DNA of 64,000 nt from Thermofilaceae archaeon (GTDB lineage Archaea > Thermoproteota > Thermoprotei > Thermofilales > Thermofilaceae), in assembly GCA_038861545.1 (NCBI GenBank), contig JAWCCZ010000001.1, forward strand, positions 256,001 to 320,000, given 5' to 3'. A model generated the notes under the pieces. That model was not told the DNA's origin. It did no database searches and saw only the letters and a list, made by a program, of their open reading frames with translations. Shown piece after piece: positions 28,728 through 41,344 of this stretch; the first letter of the stretch is position 1, and each line of letters starts with the position of its first letter. Position numbers and translations under genes: made by a program.

Positions 28728-29897
28728 ATGAAGTATTTGAACTTTAAACGATATGAGAAAGTTTTAGAAGAAAATAGGAGAAGACTTGAAACCGTAAGGG
28801 GTTTCGAGGAACCTGATCGTGTTCCAGTGATCATTAACATTCAAGGTCCGTATTATGCCCGCCTTTTCAATATTCCTCTCTCCATATACTATAGAGATTT
28901 GAAGGTTATGCTGGACGTGCAAGTGAAAGGCCTCGAGTGGAAATTAAACTGGCTTAAAGATGACCTAGTTTACATGGGAGTGAGCCTGGATTGGGGCCCT
29001 ATTACTGAAGGCGTGTTCTTTAACTGTGAAATTATTATGCCAGATCAGAAGACTCCATGGCGAAGCCCTTGGATAATACCTTCTATTAAATCATTGGAGG
29101 ATATAGATAGGCTGGAAGTTCCAGATCCTCGGCAACATAAGGAAGTGAAGAAGTTCTACAGTCAGTTAGAAGAACTACGTAGGTTAGCCCGAGAGTACTA
29201 CGAGGGGTTACCGGTGGGGGGCATGTTTCAGATACATCCTCCGGTTTCTGCGGCTGGATCGCTGCTGGGCCCTCAAAGGCTCTACACGTGGATGATCAAG
29301 TACCCTGATGAAATGCATAAACTTTTCAAGAAGTTAGAGGAAGCTTACGTACTCCTGCAAGAGCACTACTACGAGGTAACCTCAAGTGAGCCCGGTTACT
29401 TGGGTTTAAACGATGACCACGCAGGCTACCTAAGTAGGAAGTTATATGAGAAATTCGCTTTACCTTATAATACCCGTCTCTATGAGCGGTTTGGGACTAA
29501 ATACCGTTATCTTCATATGGATTCACGCATGGACCATATCACCGATATTGTTAGAGACGTGTACAAAGTTAAGTATGTGGACGTTGGTGTAGAAAACGAT
29601 ATTAGTATAATTGCGAGAGAGTTTAAAGGTAAAGTCATAATAGATGGCAATGCCGATTGGCGTGTTCTACTTTGCGGTGAGTTCGAGCTTATTGAACGCG
29701 AAGTAGAGAAGTGTATATATTATGCAGCCCCTGGAGGCGGTTACGTTTTCGACAACGGCGGGGAAACATATGCAGAGGTTCCACCAGAGGCGTTGAAATA
29801 CGAAGTAGAGTATGCAAAAAATGTTGGTAGGTATCCTATAAATTTAGATAACTTCAAACATGAGTTTAGATATATAAAAAGAGATGGATTGGACTAG
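28728..29897 (+). CDS. Uroporphyrinogen decarboxylase / MtaA-CmuA-like TIM-barrel protein
   Basis: EPDRVPV, LSRKLYEKFALPY, IIDGNAD, APGGGYVF. Confidence 0.85.
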   Translation: MKYLNFKRYEKVLEENRRRLETVRGFEEPDRVPVIINIQGPYYARLFNIPLSIYYRDLKVMLDVQVKGLEWKLNWLKDDLVYMGVSLDWGPITEGVFFNCEIIMPDQKTPWRSPWIIPSIKSLEDIDRLEVPDPRQHKEVKKFYSQLEELRRLAREYYEGLPVGGMFQIHPPVSAAGSLLGPQRLYTWMIKYPDEMHKLFKKLEEAYVLLQEHYYEVTSSEPGYLGLNDDHAGYLSRKLYEKFALPYNTRLYERFGTKYRYLHMDSRMDHITDIVRDVYKVKYVDVGVENDISIIAREFKGKVIIDGNADWRVLLCGEFELIEREVEKCIYYAAPGGGYVFDNGGETYAEVPPEALKYEVEYAKNVGRYPINLDNFKHEFRYIKRDGLD

Positions 29898-29911
29898 TAG
29901 TTATTTAACTA

Positions 29912-33151
<3,240 letters not shown>

Positions 33152-33172
33152 TTAGCTTTACCAACCACATCG

Positions 33173-34207
33173 ATGTCATTAAGGGTGCTCACCTACGTAG
33201 ATGTGTTAAAGATTGCAAATCAAGTTGGGCTCTTTAAATTCACAGACGAATTGATATTAAGAGTTGAGGAGGCATTTAAGAATTGGCACAGCTTTAAGAT
33301 GGTGCCGCGAGTTAGTTTTCACTACTCACACGGTGTAATGGAGGCAATGCCAATCAGCGACGATAAATATTATACTGTAAAAATAGTAAACGGGCATCCC
33401 GGAAACCCAAGTAAAAATCTTCTCACTGTAGTAGCTGTGGGGCTTTTAGCTGACGTTGAAACCGGGTATCCATTAATGTTCTGCGACGCCACTCTCTTAA
33501 CGGCTTTTAGGACTGCTGCAACTAGCGCGGTTGCTACCAAATATTTGGCAAGGCCGAACAGCAAATCTCTCGGGATAATAGGTACGGGCTCACAAGCGGA
33601 GTTCCAATGCGTAGCTATCAGCAGAGTTATACCTATTAACGAAGTCGTATTCTATGACGTGGACCAGCTAGCTATGGATAAATTCGAGAAAAATGTTCAA
33701 CATACTGGTTTGGAAATCCACCGCGCTTCAAGTGCAAGAATGGTCGCTTCATTAGCTGACATCCTAATTACAGCTACAGCTGTAAGAGGAAAGCACAAGG
33801 TGGTTAGTAGGGAGGATATAAAACCTGGCACACATATAAACGCGATTGGTGGAGACGCGCCTGGAAAAACAGAACTTGATCCACGCATATTATTTGATGC
33901 GAAAGTTGTCGTAGAGTATATGGAGCAAGCCATAACCGAGGGAGAAGTCCAAAACATTACTGCCGATAAGGTTTACGCCGAGCTATGGGAGATAGTAACT
34001 GGAGTAAAGAATGGTAGGATAAACGAGCAGGAGATCACAGTCTTCGACTCCGTAGGGATAGCATTAGAGGATTGGGCTGCGCTAACCTACATTTACGAAA
34101 AAGCTCAGGAACTCGACTCAGGTACCAATGTTAGACTTCTTCCCAAAGTATTGAACCCAAAGGATCTATTTTCACTTTTAAGTTCTTCGACTAATGTCGG
34201 ATGGTAA
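33173..34207 (+). CDS. Ornithine cyclodeaminase (mu-crystallin family)
   Basis: VKIVNGHPGN, TAFRTAATS, GTGSQAEFQ, FDSVGIALED, PKDLF. Confidence 0.88.
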   Translation: MSLRVLTYVDVLKIANQVGLFKFTDELILRVEEAFKNWHSFKMVPRVSFHYSHGVMEAMPISDDKYYTVKIVNGHPGNPSKNLLTVVAVGLLADVETGYPLMFCDATLLTAFRTAATSAVATKYLARPNSKSLGIIGTGSQAEFQCVAISRVIPINEVVFYDVDQLAMDKFEKNVQHTGLEIHRASSARMVASLADILITATAVRGKHKVVSREDIKPGTHINAIGGDAPGKTELDPRILFDAKVVVEYMEQAITEGEVQNITADKVYAELWEIVTGVKNGRINEQEITVFDSVGIALEDWAALTYIYEKAQELDSGTNVRLLPKVLNPKDLFSLLSSSTNVGW

Positions 34208-34901
34208 AACATTTTTAGATCCCTGGACGGCGGTGCGCGTGGATAGCATTTCAATTAGCGAGCTTGCTAACGCTGGAGTACTTTTTATATGGGTAGTATT
34301 TGTGGTAACCTTGCTCACTAAGAAACTATACGATTTTATGAAATCACGGAGTTTACCACATAACATCATTATATACTATAATAGGAAGATTATTCATGCC
34401 TTAACTGGAGGAGTGGTGGCGATACTTGTACCCTTCATGTTCTCCTCTCCATGGCTTCCTTTCGGTTTTGCAATGTTATTAGCTGTCTTCACATATTTTC
34501 CTCATAAAACAGGAAAGCTGTTCTATTGGTTCCAAGACCCTGAAAACATATATGAAGTTCACTTCTGCATCATGTGGGGTTTTAGTATACTGGCTAGCTG
34601 GCTATTTTTCGGGGACATGAAGTTTGCTATCGTTCCTACTGCTTTCATGTCATTCGGAGACGGTATAACGGGAGTGGTTAGGAACCTCATTTACCGGAGG
34701 CGTACTAAAGCATGGGCTGGAAATTTGGCTATGGCTTTAGTATGTGTACCCACAGGTTATGCAATCGCCGGGGTTTGGGGAGGCCTAGCCGGTATAGTAT
34801 CAAGTGTAATCGAGCACTTCGAGTTCAAGCCACTTGACGACAACATAACAGTCCCGCTTTCCGCCCTTTTAGTGCTTCTCGCTGGGAGAGCAGCCGGTTA
34901 A
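34194..34901 (+). CDS. Dolichol/phytol kinase family (CTP-dependent) membrane protein
   Basis: YNRKIIH, SFGDGITG, DDNITVP. Confidence 0.85.
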   Translation: MSDGKTFLDPWTAVRVDSISISELANAGVLFIWVVFVVTLLTKKLYDFMKSRSLPHNIIIYYNRKIIHALTGGVVAILVPFMFSSPWLPFGFAMLLAVFTYFPHKTGKLFYWFQDPENIYEVHFCIMWGFSILASWLFFGDMKFAIVPTAFMSFGDGITGVVRNLIYRRRTKAWAGNLAMALVCVPTGYAIAGVWGGLAGIVSSVIEHFEFKPLDDNITVPLSALLVLLAGRAAG

Positions 34902-37042
34902 ACATGAGAAGAGGTACAAGTTGAGCCTATACTTCTTGTTTCCCTAGTATCTAGATAGACTTTTACGTCAATGGCGACTACTCCTTTCTCGTAAACGAAT
35001 AGAGGGTTTACATCTATTTCAGAGATTTCCTCGAAGGACTCCATTAAACCAGCAACTCCTAGTATAGATCTCTTAACTGCTTCTATGTCTAAGGGTTTTC
35101 CTCGATAACCTTTTAGTAAAGAACCAACTTTTGTTTCCGCGATCATCTCTTCTAAATCTTCTTCTGTTAAAGGTGCTATTTTAATGGAAATATCATTGAT
35201 TAATTCTACCATGAGACCCCCCCATCCGAAAGCAATCATAGGTCCGAAGACAGGATCGCGACGACAACCCAAAAATACTTCCACCCCTTTCGGCATCATT
35301 TTCCTGACGGAAACTCCGTTAATCCTAATATTCGGAAAAGCAGCTTTTACGTTATTAAGTATTTTTGTATATGCTTCTTCCACATCTTTATCTGAGTCTA
35401 AGTTCAGGATGATTCCACCAACTTCAGTTTTATGAGCTATATCGGGGGTCTCTACCGCTAGTGCTACAGGGTATCCAAGCTCGCGTGCGGCAGCAACAGC
35501 TTCCTCTTTACATGTTGCTAACCGCGCTTTAATAGTAGCTACCCCATAAGCTTCTGCTACTTTAAATGCCTCTATAGGGGTAAGCATTGTGTACCCCCTA
35601 ATTAATGCCTCCCTAATTATGTCCTTCACAACTTCGCTTTCACCAATTATTTGTAGCTGCTTTCCTGGTTTTCTTCTGCCCTTGTAATAAGCGTATACTG
35701 CAGCTAGAGAGTGAGCCGCCTCTTCCGGTGATTCATAGCTCGGTATACCTGCTGAAATGAGCTTCCTTAAAATAACCCGGCTTTCTTCTCCACCCGTTAC
35801 TGAGACCACAAGTGGTTTTTTTAATCCAACTTCAGATACAGCTTTTAAAATAGCTTCTCCAATTTCGTTGGGCGTAGGGATTGCACCCTGACCTGCCCAT
35901 AGGAGTACTGCATCAATGTATTCGCTCTTTAGTAACGTTACCAAAGCTCCCTTAAGGTTACTAGCTGTCATCATACCGGTAAGATCAACTGGGTTTCGAA
36001 CGCTGCCGAACGGAGGCATAAATTTACTGAGCTCTTCGGCAAGATCAGGTGTAATATTAGCTAGCTTGATCCCCCATTCGCTTAGTGTATCCGAAGCCAG
36101 CACTCCTGCTCCGCCTCCATGAGTTAAAATAACTGTATTACTCCCTTTGGGTTCAGGGGATAAAGCAAGTGCTAAGGCCCAATTAAAGAGCTCCCTGAAA
36201 TTTAACGGTCTTAGGGCACGTGCCTGCCTGAACGCTGCCTCATATGCTTCATCAGAACCGGCAAGCGAGCCAGTGTGTGATTTTATAGCTTCAGCTGCAT
36301 CAGGACTTCTACCAGCTTTAAGAATCAACACTGGTTTTTCTGGTGTAGTCTTAGCTAGTTCGTCCAGGAATCTTCTTCCTTCTCCCTTACTGAGACCTTC
36401 AATATACATGGCAATCACTCTCGTGCCGGGATCATTTCTAAAGAAGTTCAAGAAATCACTTTCACCGATATCTGCTCGATTACCTATACTCACAAGGCTG
36501 GAAAAGCCTATACCTCTTTCACGAGTCCACCATATGAGTGAGGTGATCAATGCACCGCTTTGTGAGAGGAAAGCAATTGAACCTGGGAGAGGCGCCGCGT
36601 CAATAAAACTATAGTTTACCTTAGCTAAAATATTCCAAACTCCTACTATGTTTGGCCCTAATAATCTAAAACCATACCTTCGCGCTATCTCCACCAGTTT
36701 TACCTCTAGATCAGTTTCCCCCACCTCCTTAAAACCGGAAGAAATTACCGCTACCCCCCTTACACTTTTCTTCCCACATTCCTCGAGTATGAAGGGAACC
36801 GATTTCGCTGGTACAGCTACAACCGCGAGGTCAACTTGCTCGGGCACGTCGAGCACACTAGTATAACATTTCAAATTCAAGATTTCAGTTGCATTTGGGT
36901 TGACTGGGAAAACCCTACTTACAGGAAAACCTGATTGAATAATGTTTCGCAGTATTCTATACCCAATTTTTATAGGGTCACGCGAGGCTCCTATCACAGC
37001 TATGGTTCTCGGGCGTAGGAAAACTTCTGTGCCGGTTGTCAC
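34898..37042 (-). CDS. acd: Acetate/acyl-CoA ligase (ADP-forming), fused alpha-beta
   Basis: AVIGAS CoA-binding motif, SQSGA, SHTGSLAG phospho-His, C-terminal ATP-grasp HKTEVGG and EIDVNP. Confidence 0.93.
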   Translation of the reverse strand: MTTGTEVFLRPRTIAVIGASRDPIKIGYRILRNIIQSGFPVSRVFPVNPNATEILNLKCYTSVLDVPEQVDLAVVAVPAKSVPFILEECGKKSVRGVAVISSGFKEVGETDLEVKLVEIARRYGFRLLGPNIVGVWNILAKVNYSFIDAAPLPGSIAFLSQSGALITSLIWWTRERGIGFSSLVSIGNRADIGESDFLNFFRNDPGTRVIAMYIEGLSKGEGRRFLDELAKTTPEKPVLILKAGRSPDAAEAIKSHTGSLAGSDEAYEAAFRQARALRPLNFRELFNWALALALSPEPKGSNTVILTHGGGAGVLASDTLSEWGIKLANITPDLAEELSKFMPPFGSVRNPVDLTGMMTASNLKGALVTLLKSEYIDAVLLWAGQGAIPTPNEIGEAILKAVSEVGLKKPLVVSVTGGEESRVILRKLISAGIPSYESPEEAAHSLAAVYAYYKGRRKPGKQLQIIGESEVVKDIIREALIRGYTMLTPIEAFKVAEAYGVATIKARLATCKEEAVAAARELGYPVALAVETPDIAHKTEVGGIILNLDSDKDVEEAYTKILNNVKAAFPNIRINGVSVRKMMPKGVEVFLGCRRDPVFGPMIAFGWGGLMVELINDISIKIAPLTEEDLEEMIAETKVGSLLKGYRGKPLDIEAVKRSILGVAGLMESFEEISEIDVNPLFVYEKGVVAIDVKVYLDTRETRSIGSTCTSSHV

Positions 37043-37101
37043 ATTTAAGCTCTACTAGAAAAGTACTTATTAAAGTTTATTTAATTACGCACGGTGGTGC
37101 T

Positions 37102-37641
37102 GTGCTCTACGAAGTCTGTTTTAATGCTCGAGGTGGTCAGGGGGCAGTAATTGCAGCTAGGTTGCTGGTGCATGCGGCATGCCTCTCCGGGCTATGGGGA
37201 CAGGCTTTTCCTTTATTTGGAGGGGAGAGAAGGGGTGCACCGGTTTTCTCTTATGCTAGGATCTCGGACAAGCCCATCAGGCTTAGAAGCCAGATTCGTG
37301 AGCCTAATGCCCTCTTAGTATTTGACCGCTCCTTAATGGAAGGCAGCATTAAAGTCAAGGAGAATGGAGTAGTGCTGGTAAATTCTCCTTCTAGACCGCA
37401 AGTTGGTCACGCTAAAGTGTACTGGCTTGACGCAACTTCGATTGCGAAAAAGCACAACCTAGTTATCGCCGGCTGGCCAGCTGTGAACAGCGCTATGCTA
37501 GGAGCGTTTGCAAAGGTAACTGGCATAGTGGCGATTAATGACTTGGTTAAAGCCATTAAGTCCGTATGGACGGGTACCCTAGGCGATTTAAACGCTAGAG
37601 CTGCAGAAGAAGCTTATAGAGGGGTGTTAAACAATGCATGA
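37102..37641 (+). CDS. porG: 2-oxoacid:ferredoxin oxidoreductase gamma subunit
   Basis: RGGQGAV, FGGERRGAPV, NSAMLGA; GTG 37102 follows GGTGG RBS. Confidence 0.92.
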   Translation: MLYEVCFNARGGQGAVIAARLLVHAACLSGLWGQAFPLFGGERRGAPVFSYARISDKPIRLRSQIREPNALLVFDRSLMEGSIKVKENGVVLVNSPSRPQVGHAKVYWLDATSIAKKHNLVIAGWPAVNSAMLGAFAKVTGIVAINDLVKAIKSVWTGTLGDLNARAAEEAYRGVLNNA

Positions 37642-37897
37642 GGGTCCAATTACTGCTATTGCATGCCCCGCTAAGGGCTCAGCTGGCAAAACCGGCTTGT
37701 GGAGGACAGAGAGGCCAGTTATAGACCGGTCAAAATGCTTGAAATGCCTGGTATGCTGGCTTTACTGCCCGGAAGCGGCGATCATCAGAGATGGAGACGA
37801 TAGCGTAGAGGTAGATTACGAATATTGTAAGGGATGTGGAATTTGTGCTAACGAGTGTCCCGTTAAGTGTATCACAATGGTACCGGAGGTGGTTTAG
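37634..37897 (+). CDS. porD: 2-oxoacid:ferredoxin oxidoreductase delta subunit
   Basis: TGLWRTERP and two 4Fe-4S motifs. Confidence 0.94.
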   Translation: MHEGPITAIACPAKGSAGKTGLWRTERPVIDRSKCLKCLVCWLYCPEAAIIRDGDDSVEVDYEYCKGCGICANECPVKCITMVPEVV

Positions 37898-39091
37898 ATG
37901 CATAGGGCAGTGATTTCAGGTAACGAGGCCGTAGCTTTAGGGGTTAAGCTGGCTAAAGTAAAGGTAGTTGCCGCTTATCCGATAACTCCGCAGACAACCA
38001 TAGTGGAGAAGATAGCCGAGTATGTTGAAAGCGGTGAGTTGAGAGCTAAGTTAGTTAACGTCGAATCTGAGCATAGCGCAATGGCGGCTTGCATCGGCGC
38101 AGCCGCCGGAGGTGCGAGAGTTTTCACGGCTACCTCTGCACAAGGGTTGCTTTATATGAGCGAAATGGTTTTCTGGGCTGGTGGAGCTCGGTTACCTGTA
38201 GTTATGGCTGTTGTCACTAGAGCAATCGCACCTCCTTGGAGCATCTGGTGCGATCATAATGACGCGCTATCTCAAAGGGATTCAGGTTGGGTACAACTTT
38301 GGGTGGAAAACGCTCAGGAGGCTCTGGATACCGTGATCCAGGCCTACAGGATCGCGGAAGAGGAACAGATTATGTTGCCAGTCATGGTTTGTCTCGACGG
38401 CTTCTTAGTTTCACATTCTTATGAACCAGTAGAGATACCAAGCCAGCAACTAGTCGATTCCTTCTTACCAGAGAAGACTCCAGCACCCTATTGGATTGAT
38501 ACAACGAACCCTAGGTCTTATGGAACGATCGCGAACCCTGAAGCCTACATGGAGTTTAGGTACAAGTTACAAGAAGCAATGGAGCGAGCAAAGAGAGTGG
38601 TGAGGGAAGTAGACGAAGATTGGGGGAAGCTAACTGGTAGGAGCTATGGTGGATTAGTTGACCCATATCTTTGTGATGACGCCGATGTTGTAGCTGTGGT
38701 AATCGGCTCTTGGGCAGGCGATGCCAAGGAAGCGGCTGATATAATGAGAAGCCACGGAGTTAAAGCAGGCGTATTGAGATTGAGATCCATAAGACCATTT
38801 CCAGCAGAAGATTTAGTGAAAACATTGGAAGGCGTGAATGCTGTAGCAGTTGTGGATCGCAGTCTTTCGCCTGGGCTTCCAAGCATCCTGCTCTCTGAGG
38901 TAAAAGCCGTGTTGTACGATTACGGAACGAGGCCATACATAAGGGGCTTCATAGCTGGGCTTGGGGGAAAAGATGTTACGCCGCAGGATTTCGTAAAAAT
39001 CTTCGAGAAAACTCTGGAAGGGTTAAAGGAAGAAGAAACAGGTAAAGTAGAATGGATTGGGTTGAAAGGTGGTGGTAGTGGTCACCGTTAA
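37898..39091 (+). CDS. porA: 2-oxoacid:ferredoxin oxidoreductase alpha subunit
   Basis: AYPITPQT, VESEHSA, TATSAQGL. Confidence 0.95.
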   Translation: MHRAVISGNEAVALGVKLAKVKVVAAYPITPQTTIVEKIAEYVESGELRAKLVNVESEHSAMAACIGAAAGGARVFTATSAQGLLYMSEMVFWAGGARLPVVMAVVTRAIAPPWSIWCDHNDALSQRDSGWVQLWVENAQEALDTVIQAYRIAEEEQIMLPVMVCLDGFLVSHSYEPVEIPSQQLVDSFLPEKTPAPYWIDTTNPRSYGTIANPEAYMEFRYKLQEAMERAKRVVREVDEDWGKLTGRSYGGLVDPYLCDDADVVAVVIGSWAGDAKEAADIMRSHGVKAGVLRLRSIRPFPAEDLVKTLEGVNAVAVVDRSLSPGLPSILLSEVKAVLYDYGTRPYIRGFIAGLGGKDVTPQDFVKIFEKTLEGLKEEETGKVEWIGLKGGGSGHR

Positions 39092-39986
39092 GGAATTGGA
39101 TCGAAAAGAGTATTGGTTACCTGGGCACTCAGCCTGTTCTGGTTGTCCAGCTTCACTGGGTCTTCGAATGCTAGGCAAAGCTCTTAAAGGTAATTTTATA
39201 CTGGTGGTGCCAGCTTGTTGCACCACAGTAATTCAGGGGGCTTATCCCCATACCCCCTCTTATGCCCCTTTACTCAACATAGCTTTCGCTGCAACAGCGG
39301 CTGCCGCTTCCGGGTTAAAGGCTGCTTTAGAGTTGAGGGGTATAAACGTGCCTGTAGTTGCATGGGCAGGCGATGGAGGAACCGTTGACATAGGACTGCA
39401 ATCTCTAAGTGGTGCAGCTGAGAGAAACGAGGATATTTTATACGTATGCTATGACAATGAGGCCTACCAAAATACCGGTATTCAACGGAGTGGAGCGACG
39501 CCATATGGAGCATGGACAACGACAACTCCATTGGGTAAAAGGGAGAAAAGGAAAGACGCTCCGTGGATTGTCGCCGCACATAGGGTACCTTATATCGCTA
39601 CAGCCTCTATTGCATACCCACTGGATTTTATTGAAAAAATTCAAAAGGCTGTAGCAAAGAAAGGGTTCAAGTATATACATTTACACGCTCCATGCCCTAC
39701 TGGATGGAGGTTTCCCCCAAGCAAGACAATTGAAGTTGGCAGACTGGCCGTTGAAACAGGTATGTGGATTCTGTACGAGATAGAGGACAGCGTCTTTAAG
39801 CTTACTGGTAGGAGTAAACCCCTCCTCAATCCCTTAAAAAGAAAACCAGTTGAAGAGTATTTGAAGTTACAGGGAAGGTTTACCCACTTATTAAAGCCTG
39901 AGAGCCAAGAGGCGTTGAAATTACTAAAATTACAGATAGAGGAGAGCTGGAGTGAAATAAATAAACTTGTAAGGAGTCAACTATAA
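39078..39986 (+). CDS. porB: 2-oxoacid:ferredoxin oxidoreductase beta subunit
   Basis: GHSACSGC, GDGGTVDIG TPP motif, DNEAYQNTG, PCPTGW; start 39069 or 39078. Confidence 0.95.
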   Translation: MVTVKELDRKEYWLPGHSACSGCPASLGLRMLGKALKGNFILVVPACCTTVIQGAYPHTPSYAPLLNIAFAATAAAASGLKAALELRGINVPVVAWAGDGGTVDIGLQSLSGAAERNEDILYVCYDNEAYQNTGIQRSGATPYGAWTTTTPLGKREKRKDAPWIVAAHRVPYIATASIAYPLDFIEKIQKAVAKKGFKYIHLHAPCPTGWRFPPSKTIEVGRLAVETGMWILYEIEDSVFKLTGRSKPLLNPLKRKPVEEYLKLQGRFTHLLKPESQEALKLLKLQIEESWSEINKLVRSQL

Positions 39987-39999
39987 AGTTACGAAAATT

Positions 40000-41193
40000 T
40001 CACATATGCTCTTTAATCATCCTAGCTAGGCGGGCGACCCCCTCCTTCATGGAATCCAAAGGTGGATAAGAGAAACTTAACCGAGCTGTGTTATAACCAG
40101 ATCCGTCGATATGGAAAGAAGTGCCGGGAACATAAGCTACCTTGTACTTTTCTAGCGCAAGCGGTAGAAGAGCATCAAGGTTCACTCGAGAAGGTGCAGT
40201 CAACCACACAAACATGCCGCCTCTCGGCCGTGTCCATTGTGCACTCTCAGGCATGTGCTCGCTCAAAGCCTCCAGCATTACATCACGTCTTCTCCTATAA
40301 ATTTCCTTTATACGGGGTAGCTGTTTCTCGATTAAACTTTTCCGCAGGGCTTCAAGCAACACATACTGGCATAGTGTTGGCGACTGAAGCGTAACCGCCT
40401 GCTTAGCCACAGCAAGGGCGTTAATAAGTGCTTCATCAGCGATAACCCACCCCAGTCTAAGGCCAGGCGCCAGTAACTTGCTAACAGTAGATACATATAT
40501 GACTTTCCCACCATCGTCCATAGATTTCAACGAAGGGGGTTCTCCCCCCTCGAAAGTAAAGTAACTGTATGGGTCATCTTCAACTACTAGGGTATCATAT
40601 TCCTCGGCTAGCTCCAGCAATAATTTCCGTCTCTCAAATGACTGTGTCGAACCTGTCGGATTATGGCAAGTGGGAATAGTATATATGAACTTCACTCTAG
40701 TACCTCTTCTTTTAGCTTCTTTTAAAACTCGTTCAACGGCTTCAACATTAACACCATTTTCATCCATAGATGCCCCCTCTATACGCGGCTCGTATACTAC
40801 AAATGCTTGAAGAGCCCCCAAATATGTAGGGTTCTCTGTTAGGATCCAGTCTCCCCTATCGATCAAAACGCGCCCTAAAAGATCCAAAGCTTCTTGGCTG
40901 CCCGAGGTTATCAAAAGATTCTCAGAGCTTGCTTTTAAACCTCTTTTACGCATAAAGTCAGCTAGCTCTTTTCTCAGTTCATCAATACCTTCAGTCGGAG
41001 CATACTGCAATGCCACTGCAGCTTTCATAGAAAGAACTTCTCTCAAGATATCCTGTATCTCGTTAACTGGGAAACTGGCTGGGTCGGGAATTCCCCCGCC
41101 AAGCGAAATAACGTCACGTCCAATCCATTTTAGAAGGGCCCTTACTTGAGAGGCTTTCATTAACTGTGTCCTAGCCGAAAGGAATTTTTCCAC
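40000..41193 (-). CDS. PLP-dependent class I aminotransferase (aromatic / 2-aminoadipate type)
   Basis: ISLGGGIPD, HNPTG, EDDPY, SKLLAPGLRLGW. Confidence 0.93.
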   Translation of the reverse strand: MEKFLSARTQLMKASQVRALLKWIGRDVISLGGGIPDPASFPVNEIQDILREVLSMKAAVALQYAPTEGIDELRKELADFMRKRGLKASSENLLITSGSQEALDLLGRVLIDRGDWILTENPTYLGALQAFVVYEPRIEGASMDENGVNVEAVERVLKEAKRRGTRVKFIYTIPTCHNPTGSTQSFERRKLLLELAEEYDTLVVEDDPYSYFTFEGGEPPSLKSMDDGGKVIYVSTVSKLLAPGLRLGWVIADEALINALAVAKQAVTLQSPTLCQYVLLEALRKSLIEKQLPRIKEIYRRRRDVMLEALSEHMPESAQWTRPRGGMFVWLTAPSRVNLDALLPLALEKYKVAYVPGTSFHIDGSGYNTARLSFSYPPLDSMKEGVARLARMIKEHM

Positions 41194-41344
41194 AGACCCC
41201 CTTGTAAAATGTAAAAAAGGTATCTTATAAAAATGCTTAGAAAGTTTTATTTATATAAGTTTCAAGCAAGGTTCACATAAGCTAAAACTCAACATATTTT
41301 AGGTAAGGAAAGATCAATAGCCGCCTAAAAATAATCTATAAACT

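Noticed and set aside
41294-41333. TTTTAGG...CCTAAAA inverted repeat downstream of feoB
   Set aside because: Spacer too long for a DtxR box, arms short; cannot distinguish from chance
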